A stretch of 64,000 bases of DNA from Gnetum montanum (Eukaryota > Plantae > Gnetophyta), in assembly GCA_015680685.1 (NCBI GenBank), contig MNCI01000808.1, forward strand, positions 94,667 through 158,666, given 5' to 3'. Shown piece after piece: positions 12,521 through 25,900 of this stretch; position 1 is the stretch's first letter; each line of letters opens with the position of its first letter. Below the pieces are notes generated by a model, which made no database searches, had not been told where the DNA came from, and saw only the letters and a program-made list of their open reading frames with translations. Position numbers and translations under genes: made by a program.

Positions 12521-13810
12521 TATATTTTGGGGTAGAGTTATAAATCGGATGAAGATGAGTTGGTTCCCTACTTGTTAAAAAAACTTGGAAGACATGGTAC
12601 AAGCTTAGTAAGTATTGGAAGTACAATCATATTATAGTTTCAAAAGATATGCTTAAGCAAATTATTGCATAATGGCTTCCTTTTAATGAATTAGCTTAGG
12701 TTATTAACTCATCTAGATTATGTATCACTTGGAGCAAGTTTGACATAATTGCAGTTTCTTGTCTAGGCATGCATGATAGATGAATTGCATGGAAGGAGGC
12801 TTGTAGCCTCAATGGTTTGAGGGTTTAGGGTTTAGGGTTTCTTACATATCAGGTCCAAAAAACTCTCATTTCTTATGGAAGATCCTTAGGCCCATCATCT
12901 TATATAATATTTGGAAATGTAGATATACCACACATTTTCAAAAGACAATTATTTCAAACTCCTTACAGCTAACTACTTCGGAAAAAATGCAAATTTTACG
13001 GCATGTTCACTTCTAAATTATATCTCAAGCCCCAAAATTCAAGATGAATGCTAATAAGTTGTTTCTCTTATTGCAGCCATGGAGTCATATCGGAGATCCA
13101 AATAATCACCATCATCAAGCCTCGCTTCAGAAGAAAGTCTCCTAATTAAGCCACAGTTTTCTACATTAGTCGGCCTTTTTCTTCTTTCTTCCACCTTTGT
13201 TCTCATTCGACAATCCACATCTAGGAAAAGATACACACATTTCAGCGAATGGTTGATCTCTGGACTGCATTTCCATTCCCTGTGGAATGCTAAATTTAAC
13301 ATGTTTCCTCTATAATAGTCTCAGTCAACATGGTTTCTCTTCCTCCTTTCCTCACTCTATATGTCTGGAAGTAGCTTATGTACTAAATTTTGTTTTCTAT
13401 TAATAAATTTCTGTTTTTGGGATCCGACACCCCCCCTTAACCCTTTGTTTTTTTAATTTTTTTTTAATAAATCTACAAACTTAAGGGTAAGAATAGACAT
13501 AAGTTAGGTCTCTCCGTTTGGTACCCCTACAAAAGCTTTCAATGACAATTTAAACTTTTTGCATCCTACATTCAAAACCCTGCAAATTTGTTGACTTCAC
13601 CTACCGGGAGAAGGAATGGAGGAACATCCGTTCAACGTTTCAGCATAGCAACGCCGTACTTTGGAGGATTTGTAAAGAGCTTTGCTGCAATATCTGTGCA
13701 ACAAATACAAAGTACTTAGCAGAGATCCAGTCATTTGATGTTTTCGCTTTTTAGCAATTCACGATTATGTGATTGCCAGGCATTTTGTAGGATAGAGATT
13801 GAGACCCAGG

Positions 13811-13959
13811 ATGGGTTTCCAATGGCAGCTAGCAATACATTTGTTTTTGACGGCCGTTGTGGTAGTTTCTTTCTTGTGTGGTCACTGGCCAATATTCGAA
13901 GGCACCCCAATTGAAAAAATTCATTACTTCATCAATGTTGCTGCCCGTAATTACTTGCT
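13811..13959 (+). CDS. PAT17: PAT17-like exon 1 (coding part)
   Basis: ATG at 13811; MGFQW...[21 protein letters not shown]...; donor ct/gtaagt. A possible 5'-UTR intron acceptor (ttttgtag) ends at 13790. Confidence 0.9.
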
Positions 13960-16900
13960 GTAAGTCAACCTCTTTCATCTATATGTTCTCCCTCATCGTC
14001 CTCTCGTCCGCTGATGATAATTTGCAGATACCCTCAACATCATATAAGAAATATACATGTTTCTTTTGTTTAGCTTTTCATCGTTGACTTGCCATACTTT
14101 CAGATCTAAAATAACTATGTGCAGTGTGCGAGAATGGAGGGATAATTCTTTATGGAAATTACTTATTTGTGACAATTCTAGGCTTCTTATTAGGAGATTC
14201 TTGCTTTACAAGTCAAACTGAATTGACATAAATTAAAGTTCGACCTGCAGGTAGTGAAATTTAAGAAGAGATTGGACTTAATATTCTTTAAAAGGAACCG
14301 ACATGAACGTAAACCATAAACACCACTTGATCTTGCACGTTATTTTCTAGAAAGGTTATAAAGAGAAACTTGGAAGTTGAGAAGGTGCAGCAGTTCAATC
14401 GTCTGTTTGTCATGAAGTTTTGGATTGGGCTTGTTGAAGAGCTGTGGAATCTAAACAGTTAAATTTTTTAAGGGAGAAAGACAAATGTCCATAAATTATA
14501 TGAGTTTGATGATTGATGCTGCGCATGCTTTTAACTCAAATGGGTGAAATCGCATGGAGTGTTATAGACTCACATGTTTAAAGAAAATCTTTAGCATTTA
14601 GATTGATGGAATAGAAGTAGAAGTAGTTAATATATGTTCAAAATACGATAGATGCAAGATGATTTACTCTACAGTTCATAGCCAAAGGGCTTAAGTGAAA
14701 AAAGGAGGGATTATTTAATGAAATTTTTTTCGTTATAAAAAAACATGTTTTTATAATAAGTAGCAGCAACCGGTAAGTTGTAACTATACTTGGATTTCCC
14801 CTACCCATGCTTCAGTGTTCGGTGATCTACTTCAAGTTGGTGATCTATTGAGCATCAAGTTGGTTATATTTCTGTTATTGTAAATGGATGACTTCATATA
14901 CAGTCACTTGAATCTTGTGCTAATCAAGCAGAGACCAGCATGTCCAAGTCATGACCTGTCAAGCAGCCTTTTAGAGGTCAACTTGCACTGACAAATTAAA
15001 CCTTTTTGCGAATAATCTGCCTTTTAAGAACATGAGGTCTGTTGGCGAGTAACTGCTGTACCCTGCAATTAGCTTACAGCATCTTAGTGAGCTTTACAGA
15101 AAAGTCTTTGGCAGACCAAAAAATAGAATCCATAAAATAAGCATCTTTCTTCACTTGAGCCAAACATAGTTATCCATGTAGACTACAAATAAAGAACTCA
15201 TACGCGGACTAACCAAAGGTTGCCCTAGGTTATTTTGTGTGGTATTTTTAAACAGGTGATTTAGTTAATAATATAGGGCTTTGTTTACTGGTTAGTTATT
15301 TAACTGTTTAGAAAATACAGGAAGCATAGTCAATGCAATGGTATTACCTTTGCTGAATACAATTTGCTAAATATTCATACAGGTATAGATGGTTCTACGT
15401 GTATTACCGGTGCAAAGTACATTTATAGTGAAAACTGAAAAGTTGTCATCTATATTGAAAGAAAAGTAGAAATATATGCAAAAAGTGAAAGGGGTAAAAT
15501 AACTTAAAGTGGAAATAGGCACAATTATTAACTGTCTGAGAACTGATGACTCTGAATCCTTTCCATTCACTAAATATGGGAAAATAAATTTCTATACTCA
15601 AGGAAAAAGTTTTTTTTTCCCAATTGTTTTTAAGAAACAGTATCGTAACATTATATGATGTTTTAGTAATTTCATTTTCTTTTTTTTTTTTAAAGAAAAG
15701 AAAAGCATTAACATCCTTTTTTACTGTAAAATATCAATAAAATGTGTTATCAGGGTGTATGCTGATTATGCTCTCAGCCTGTATTCAGGAAAGAAAAAAA
15801 AAAAAAAAAGACTCAATGCTCATCTTGCCAAGGCAGGGTCCTGGAAGGGCTAGTGGATGAGTGAAAGCCTAACTTCTTTTGAGTGGTTTTATTGAGGCTA
15901 AACCTAGGTCTTATGACTTGAGAAACAAGGACTTTACCATCACTCCAAATAATAGTCTTTGCTCTCAGACTTTACAGATATCCTTAATTATATCTAAGTG
16001 AGTATAGTGCAAACTTGTATACAAATAGACACACTCATGGTATAGGTTTGAGATCTCTTCCTTAGTCGACTAAGCAAAATCTTTGAAATGTGCATCTGAT
16101 AAAAATATCCAGTTTATGTGGTAATGATTCTAATCAGATATACGAAAAGCTGGAAGCCTTTATGCAACTCCTCCTAAGTTCCAATATCAAAGCATATTTG
16201 GCTTCTCCTTTGTTGAATCTGAAGGGATCCACTAATGAATGAGAAATCCACATTTTCTCAGCATGTACATTTTTATAAAAGGTGCTTTTGTAATAACTTA
16301 GCCTTCACACATCTTCAAAATTATTGAGGTTCAATTTGATGGTTGGTTTTGATGCATGATGTATGTTAAGGAATGTCAACATACCTTGTCATATTATGGA
16401 AGATTGTATTTTTAGCCAACAAAGCAGCAAGGAACATAATTGAAGATTCATGTATATTGTTTTTTTCAAAATAGTCATAAAGATTTTAATGTTGTAGGAA
16501 GGCTGCAGAGGCTATTTGTGGAACAAAAGGGAGACTGCTGTTTCTGACTATAGAGCATTACTGCTGTGAGCGTCCAAACCCAATATTGCAGGTAAGTGAA
16601 AGTTTGGAGTTACTTTTAATTGACTATGTGTTGCTGTTTTTTAACACCTAATACATGTTACTGAAGGGTTAACATTCTGCAAAACTTCCTGTCATTGGAA
16701 GGTTAAAATGACATACTGCCTTTTATAATTGAAACCATTTTTGAAAAGTATTCTGAAGTATTTCTGTTTATAAGTTTTCTAAGGTATTTCTTTTTTTTAA
16801 AAAAAAGTTCTTGTTTGCCATGTTTTTTAAATGGTGAATTTGTGAGGGGTTCATAAAAATGCAAGATTTATTCCAGTGACAAACTGATATTTACTTTGAC

Positions 16901-19900
16901 AACAGAGACATCTTATGGCATCTATATAATAACTATAAAAATGTTAAGTGAGTGGCAGAAATATTAGCAGAATTAAGGCTAACAATCAGGCTTCTATCAT
17001 TTAAAATTTAAGCTTCATGAGAAGAACCAGCTTTTCCTGGCAAGAGATTGTGATTCCATAAGTTGTTGATGAAAATATGCATCCTTATGTAACTATTGGC
17101 AGTGAGTCATGTGAGTAATCACAAAGAATAGATGTGTGCATGTGTGATCCAAAGAACAATGTATGCAGTTTAAGTTAAAAGGAGGGTGTTGGAACCCAAA
17201 ATGATAACTAAAAGTATACCTTAAAAACATTCATGGGTATCAGAACCTGAAAGAATGATTATAAATAGACCCCAAGACATATAGGCAACACAATACTTTA
17301 AAAGAATTACAAAGTAATATAACCACGACTCTTTACATAACATAATTAAGTAGTTATTGAACACCAATGAAGAGATGTGTTTTTTGATGTATGTTTGTGT
17401 CCTTACTCAGTTTGAGATAAAAGAGGCTCTCTCTATAGCTTTTTGCATATAGTACAACACACACCATCTACATTTATTTGCGGTTGCAGATACCTCACAC
17501 AATCCAGATTTGTTATTGATACAGTTAGACTTTTTATTCTCTATGTTGTGGTTATCATTTATCCTCTTTGTTGTTAAGTTATATTCACAACTGCCATGTA
17601 CTCTTATTGTGGTTTAACATTATAGATGGTGGCTTACACATTGTGGTTTTTCCACTGTATTTTATATCTTACTATATTAATGTTTATCATATTCATTACA
17701 GTTTGGGACCATCATTTGGAGTGATGGTAAGGTGTTCATTTCTTAAGTCAAAGACCTAGGTTTGAGCCTGGCATAGCCATTCGAAGAGGTTAGGTTTTCA
17801 CTCATCTACTGACCCACCTGAGATTCCACTTGGTGGGATAAGCATTGTGGCTCCGGGTGATGATCCTTTTTGTTTTTGCTCATCACATTATTGACATTAT
17901 TACTATGACTGTTGCATACCTGTAACATTGCTGTCACAGTTTGATATGTTTGAATCATTTCTCTCAATTTCCTCAATGAACTAGGTTTTTCACTTCTTGT
18001 GGACCTCAAATTCCAACATGTGCTAGTTTTCCTTTCCTCATTGTTCATTAGAACCTCATAGATTTCTATGAGAATATTGAATCACTCTTCCCCCATGTGT
18101 ATTTATCTGAGTGGAGGGTTCTAGATATTCCCCTCTAGTTGTGAGTGAATTTTCTTTGTGCAGTTTCCTTTGTGAGGTCCAGATTCTCGAAGGGGCATTG
18201 GCCTGAATTACGGATCATATTCCTGGCTGTCTTTTCCCTATCAACCATCATTTTCATCCTTTTGGCTTTTGATTCCTGTCTTCCATGAACTGTCAAGTTC
18301 AGTAACAGTCATTTACTCATTTTTTCCTCTTCTTTAGGGAGGTACCTTATGATGTTCCCCTTAACTCTCAGAAGCTTTTTCTTGAGTTTTACTATTGCAT
18401 CCCCTTCTCAATAGCTAGTCAGAGCATCCTGGTCTTCAGAGGCAATATTGTGTAGACCTCAAATACCATCCTTCTTCTTTTCCATATCTTTGGTTGCTTG
18501 TTGTTGGTCTTCTGAAGAACTCAGAGGAGTCTTGGTGATGTATTTGTGTATTCTATTGGTGATGCGTTTGTGGTTTGATTAAATTTAGTACTGTTTGTTG
18601 TATTATTTCATGTAAGAATAGACATGTTGAGATGATTTTCATTAATACTATTGCTGGGAAATATACTATTTTGATTCTCTGTTGAATAAAATTGAAACTA
18701 ATGTCTGGTATGGTTCTTTTCCTGTTTGACCAGCAGTTCACTTAAACAGGGTATGGATTTCATGTACTTTTGTATTTCTAGCTAACCCATGAATATTATG
18801 GCATTGATACTTTTCTTGTGAATAAGGGTGGAGAGGATAAAAGTACTATATTTTCTTTATATTTCAATTTTGAATTTATCTGGGTTATGCATAGTATGGT
18901 TATCAACATTGTAGTCTTTTATGTGATTGATGGTTTATAACCATGCCTACTTTGGAAATTGTTGGAAGGGTAAAGTGATCGAGTTAATTTGCTTTGTTCA
19001 TCGTTGTTAGTAAGAAGTTGAGTAGTCTGATTCCATGTTTATTTCACATTGCATTTGTTTTGACAGGTTTGATGCATAGTGGATTTTTAGATATGTCAGT
19101 TTGACATATTGGCATGGTCTTTAGACTAGAGCCTTGGTCTGCTATTTGCATATTATGTTTTTCTGTGCTTATACCTAATTTCTTACACTGAATTTATTTG
19201 TTGTTAATGATAGTTTGATTGCAAGCTTTGATTTTTTTTGTTGCCTATTATGCCACAATGATCGGCAGATTGTTGGAATAAAAGTACCCTTGCATTTTGG
19301 AGCAGCATTTTGAGTATTAGCTCTTACTTCCTAGCGTAGGAAAGAGAGTTACATCCTGATACGAAGTTCATACTTGGCCATATATGGGTTCCTGGTATTT
19401 TAGATTTTTATTTAAGAATGTTGTCTGTATATCAAGAAGTAATTTCCACCTTTGCAGCAGTTAGAGTTCAAATAGTTGTCTAGTTAGATGCAGTAAAGAT
19501 ATGCTTGAAATCCACTTCTCATTGTCGAAATCCAATAGTAATGAGTCTGATTTTATATTTGTTTAGGATGCCATTTGCCTTAAGTTTTGTGCTGAAAATC
19601 TACACTTTGGGTAAAGGTTTTTTAGTCAAATGAAAAATCACAAGCCGATGAGAGCATAATTCAAATGGTAAGGTAGTTTATACGAGCATAATTCAAATGG
19701 TAAGATTCTTCTAGCTGCCTCCTGAAACACCTTGTATCATTCTTCTAGTTGTGCTTGGGCCTTCTTGTGGAAGTGTTTGACCTTGTTAGGGTGGAGCCCC
19801 CTAGAAGTATTCTTGATGTACTTATGTAGCCCCATCCAAGGTGATTTCTAGTTAATACCTATAATGACATATCGGCACTTGCCTACCATTGGATTTGTGA

Positions 19901-22900
19901 GTGTTGGAGTTTGAATTTACACCTTATGGAAACTCCAAAATTCTTCAGGATCTAGTGAGTAGGAAGTAATATTGCAGAATTGTAAGATCATAACTTTCTT
20001 CGTAATGATAATTGCTTTTCGTAATTTTTTGTAGTTGTGAGTATTGTAAGTCTTATTAAGTTAATTACTTACGAATCCTCTTATGATGAATAGAGTTACG
20101 TTGTCTTGATTTTGTAACTTAGTATTGATCATAAGCTATTATAGATGGTCTACAACAAGTACTATTTTGTAATCGAAGTTCAGCTATGCTAATGTTTGTA
20201 AGAATTTCTTGTGTTTCGGTGGTGTTGCTCTTCCTGTGGTAATACATCTTTTTTTGGATTGCATTTGACTCTTCATCGTAAGCTAATAGTATACCTATGA
20301 CCATGGTTCGTAACTCATTATATTACAAATGCTTGTACATGGACTTATCAAAGTTCCTACTTGGTACATCATTAATCTTTTAGTGAACTCAACTTCACCT
20401 TGTTCACTGTACTTCGTTAAGTCTTCTTTAACTTAACTTCACAATCTTTTTTCATACTTCGCTAAGCCACCCTTGTCTTAGCTTTATTTTCTCACAAACT
20501 AATTCTTTGTAAGTCTTCCTTTTCTTATTCCATTGTAACCTTTCAGATGACCTTCTCTTCCTCTTTAAGAAACTGGACCAAACTACATATGACACAACTA
20601 GGATCTTCTCTTCCTTTTTAGGAAGCTGGATCCTATGTTACAAGGATTGCATGTGTCTCTTGGAACACTTATTAGGTCTTTGAATGGAACTGATTAACTC
20701 TTGATCTTCCTATTCACACTTTTAGCTTACAATATTCTTCATTCGTACTTTTATGAATCACTGCTGTTTGTATCTTCTGGTTCACCAACATTACTTGTGG
20801 TTGTTGTTCTAATGCCACTTCTCTTCTTCTTCTTTAATTATTGTCCATTTGTTCATTCATGCACTTGTTCTACTTATTCTTATTCCTTATTCCATTTCCT
20901 TTCTTCACCACACATTTATTTTGATAAGAGCTTGAGAGTTCTTGTATTTCATGAGGGATTGTGACTCTTGTTAAAATGTCATAACCTTTTGTAACAACTC
21001 ATAGATTAAGTTAAGAAACTAATGATTGTATTTGAACTTAGGATTATATTCTAATAGTGAGCTAGGTTTTTGTCTCTTTCTCGTCTTCTCCTCTTAGAAG
21101 CTTTTAACATGCTGAACCTTCTCCTCTTCCTCCTTCAGATATTGTTCCTTTGCTTCTCTTCTCTAGTCCTCTTGGATTTGCTATCTTAACTAGTCCTCCA
21201 AGGAACTATAGAACGCAACCTTCCTAAGTATTCATTGTTGGTTGTCTTCCTTCTTCTGCTTTTTGCAGCACTATTGCTCCTTTCTTCGCACTTGTTCCTC
21301 CAAATTCCTTTTGGCCTATTCCTTAGCCAACATGTGGTTCTTTATCTCACGCATGTTCACTGCAAACTTCGCTTCCAACTTCTTTGAATGTTAGCCTCTG
21401 TTTCTCTTAGGTATTGCTGAAAGAGGTCTTGTGGCCCCATTGTAGATTGAGAAAGGGTCTCTTGGTGTTTGGATGTGTTGTTGAGGTGAGGGGGTTAGTT
21501 CCCCTACCTTTGCCTCCATTGTTGTTGCAAGCTTTGGTAGACTTTGCAAGGAAGATGCCTCATCTTGCAGCACATGATGTTGGGAGTAGAACTTCTTGAA
21601 GTAATGATTGGTGGCCAGCCGTATAGTCGGGCCCTTTGGCGGCTTCATAGCTCCCCAAAGAGCAAGGATAAGTTTTGAGTGATGGCCCTTCCACCCCCTT
21701 CTTAAAGCTGCCAAAAAGAATTTTGGCAGATTGACCTCTCGTTCGAGTTGCAAATAGTGCATGAAAGCAAAGTGGACTTCTTGGAGTTGTTAGAGTTGGC
21801 GTGGTGGAAGGCTTTGGAATGCATGGAGAATGGTTTTAGAGTTTGGAGTTTGAAATTGGCAAAATCTACAAATTTGGCTTGACCATGCGTTGTGGTTCGC
21901 TCATGGTCTTCTCGTGGTGCTTGACTATGGGTGGTGGTGGTGTCATGGTGTCCTGACCATGGGTGGTGGTCAGGTTGTAGTGGTTGCTACAACTACTTTT
22001 TTGTTGTCCTCAACCTCTTGAATTGTTTTTTCTTGACCATGAGTCATGGTGAGCTTGTGGTTCATGGTCAGCTCGTGGTGACCTTTGAAACTTGAAATTT
22101 GTTGCCCTTCCCTCCTACATTCAAATTGTTAAGACCATGAGTCATGGTGGCCTCATGCTATAATACTATGAGTTGTGGTGGTCCAAAATAGAGAGATTTT
22201 TACTCTATGTATATCACAAGTTGACCATGGGTCATGGTTTGACCTTTGTACAAACCACGAGTCGTTCTTGGGTCATGGTCTCACCGAAAAACATAATAAA
22301 GAGCCATAGCTTCAAATTTATGAAGAATTTGAGGATGGAATGGCTTGGAGACAATTTAGGGAGCTTAGATCTATGGTTTTATGGGCTGACTTTAAGCTAT
22401 AGACATGATAATGGGTCACATGAGATAAATTTCGAAGGAAAATGACATTCTCCATGAATGGACAGCTTAAGATGAAATTTGGCAACAAGATGGTCATGCA
22501 TGTGCACTTGAAGTGCTCAGAAATTTAGCTGAACATCAGAGGCTTCTTCTTAAGACATTGGGAGGCCACTTCCATACAATCAATCATGGAAATTAACTTG
22601 CTCTTTGACATACATAAAAGAGAGCTTCAACATGCATAAATATGCCTATGCTTTAACACAATTAACACGTAAATGGGGCTTAATAAGACATCAATCGTGC
22701 TCAGAAATGTAAAGCATGAGGACCTCAAGCATTTAGTGGCTTGAGTCTCTTCAATTTTTACATAAAGCATTAAAAACAAAGATTCAAACTAGAGCCATTG
22801 ATATATGGTCTCTTTTCTTGAACTAAAACCTGCTCCAAATACATGCAAAAAGACCTCCAATCTCTTCACATATTCTTAATGAGAAACATCATACATAATC

Positions 22901-25900
22901 TATTAACATATTGGAGGAAAAAGCATTGATAGTCATCAAATTTAGAGTGGTTTTGAAGCTAACATATGTGCATATTCTTCTGACCTCTAATCCTTTGATC
23001 TCTATTCTCCTAATTCCTTTGAACATGCAACATAGATTCATGGTATCCATGACCAATATAGAAAGATAGGGTGAAAGTGGGTCTCCCTGATGTAACCCAT
23101 GATTAGGGGAGGAAAATCCCAAAGGCACCCATTGATGTCAAAAGAAAAAGCTTCCATACTTTGGAGGTGGATATACATGTCAACAAATCGAGGGTGAAAT
23201 CTATTTCTTAACATTATCTCTTTAAGCGATTTCTAGTTCACTGGGTGATAAGCCTTGGCGATATCAAGCTTAAGGAACATACCTAGGAACTTGGCCTTGT
23301 TGGTGTAATGCATGATCTCTTAGAGTAGTATAATTTGATTCTAGATGTATTTAGGGCATCAGTGGTTGCAACCTTCTAACAAGAATCTTTGTGAATAGTT
23401 GAAGTCAAAGTAGTTTGTTGTAGACCCTAATTGGTGTTAAATTTGAAGGTCGGAAGGGTTTCTGATTTTTGGCACAAGAACAATTCTTGAATAGTTTATT
23501 TCTCTTCTAATTTGGCCCCACTTGAGCATAAGGTTGAAGGAATATACAAGATTGTCATCCAAATTGTCAAAGAATTTCTTGAAGAATTCAATTGACCAAC
23601 CATTGGGCCTAGGGGCCTTCTCGATTTGATGTTGAGGCTAGCATCAAAGATCTCCTACTTAGTCATGGAAGTGAGAATCCTACGGTTATGGATAAAGCAC
23701 CATATGTTCGGCAGTTGTGTTGACACAGGCCCGTCAATGCATGTTAGATGCATTGACGCCTTGCTACTCGAAATCTATAAATATGCACACACCTTGGCAT
23801 TGGGCATGATAGTTTTAGTAGTGTAGCAAAGCTTTTGCAGTTTCTCTTTGTAGGACTTAGTTAAATTTCTCTCAAAGTGCCTGCAGTGTGGATTGAATTG
23901 ATTGTATGGAATATTATTCGAGTGCAAGATGCACCTGGACACTTCTGCATGAATGACAATAAAATCAAGATTGATTCCCTCTATTGCAGCATTTGGATTA
24001 GCATTTAATTTACCTTTAAGCACTTCACTTTTCATACACTTTACTTTCAAGTACATAGGAAATTAATATTTTATTTTGTCACAACGTGAGTACGGCCACT
24101 TCGAGCATAATGTATTAATGCTTGGTAATTCTAGTAGTGAATACTTAGTACATTCAACAGTAGACACTTGGTAACACAGCAATGTTTATATACGTTTAGG
24201 ATGTGTATAGAAAATGAGAATAGATGCTCCACATTTAGGATAGTTTAGTTAATTAATTAGTTAATTTAAATATTAAACCTTTCTTTATTAAATCATTTTG
24301 TAGTCAAAGAAGATAATAAAAAATTATAAAAATAAATGTTTTACACTTCAATCACACTTAACCATAAAAATGAGTTAACACAAGTGATGATTGGGAAGTC
24401 AATGACTTGTAACCACGTCTTTAACCATATAAGAACATAGGCCACTTAGATAAAACATAGTCTATTGAATTCGACTAGATTGCACGTACATGCTAGTGAT
24501 TCATATAGTTGGGCATAAGGAATACTTGCTGCTCATCATTGGCATCATAGTTGGGGACCTTCATTTTAGCTAAGTGCACTAAGTACTATTAGATAGTGAA
24601 ATCATACAAAGTCATTGTAAAAAGTAAATAACACAACATCTTTCAGAAAATTAATAATAATATTTTATCAAAGCATACTATATCAAAACAAACTAAGATG
24701 TCTTCTTCTTGTAGGAATGATTCACCACCACTTGTCGATGACTCTAACCAGCAACATGATAGAACTAGAAGGTATGCTAGTGAGATGCCTCAATAACTGA
24801 AGGTTGTCTATGCACATCAAGATCCCTATTATCCAAACTTCAACTTCATCCTCCATCAAGATGAACAACTATGCTAGAGGGATTTGGAGGACAACATTGT
24901 GTTACCTCTCGATCATTCTATTTCTTCAATGCTCATGGTAGCTCTCATGAAACTGGGGCTTGAACTAGTAGGCCCAAATTACCAAGTAAAAGGGCACCTC
25001 ACTGGGGATATCAACCAACAAAGGCCCAACTTAGGAAAGATCAATGCATGGAGGCATGCCATGAAGCCTCCAAGGGCAAACAAGTCTCTATCTTACTATT
25101 TTTGCAATCATAGGAGGGCCTAGAATTTATATTAGGGCAATCTCAACACCAAGGTCCTCTTTTCGATGAGGGAGACACAACTTACCAATGGTTACAATCA
25201 ATCTTGGTGGGTAACCAGGGTGAGGGGAGAACTGGTTCTAGAACCAGGAGAACCTCAAGGCCAAGGTTTCTGAACCATGCATCAAAAGATCAACCAAGGA
25301 ACCAAAGGAGAAGGGCAAGTTGGCACCACTCTCCTAGTCCTTCACCTTCACCATTCTCCTCATCGTCAAACTCTGATAGGAGGGACTATGACCAAGATTG
25401 GAGGAATGATCAAGATTGAGATGGAGATGATCGAAGGTTCCATCGTAGGGATGTGAGAAGAAAGCATAGTCATTGGCAAGAAGAAGGGAAGCATCAATAG
25501 GAAAAAAGACATAGTAGGTTACATCATAGGACACATGACCATGATAGGGGTTATTGTGAACATAATGACTATGATGAACTATTGCTTGCTACAAGAAGCA
25601 TGATCAATATTTTAGAAGCAGTTCATATTCCTATCAAACATCAAAGGAATAGTTGAACCAAATAGCTTGATATGAACAAAATCCCTAAATTTGAAGGAGA
25701 GTATAATGCTGATCCACAACATCATTTGCAAGCCTTCCATGATGCTTGTGCCTTGCAAAGTATTGAAAACAAGAGGTAGAAACTTAAACTATTTCCTAGG
25801 ATACTTATCAAAGAAGCTAAAAGTTGGTACCGATCCTTGAAGCCGTAATTTATTTACAGATGGAGTACAATGCTAGAGTTGTTCAACAATAAGTATCAAA

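Noticed and set aside
13051-13302. 83-aa - strand ORF divergent from PAT17
   Set aside because: No recognisable motif or splice structure; it cannot be supported, though a divergent transcript is not excluded.
17940-18545. Purine-rich - strand stretch that looks coding
   Set aside because: Multiple stops and no motif; possibly an old retroelement remnant but unassignable.
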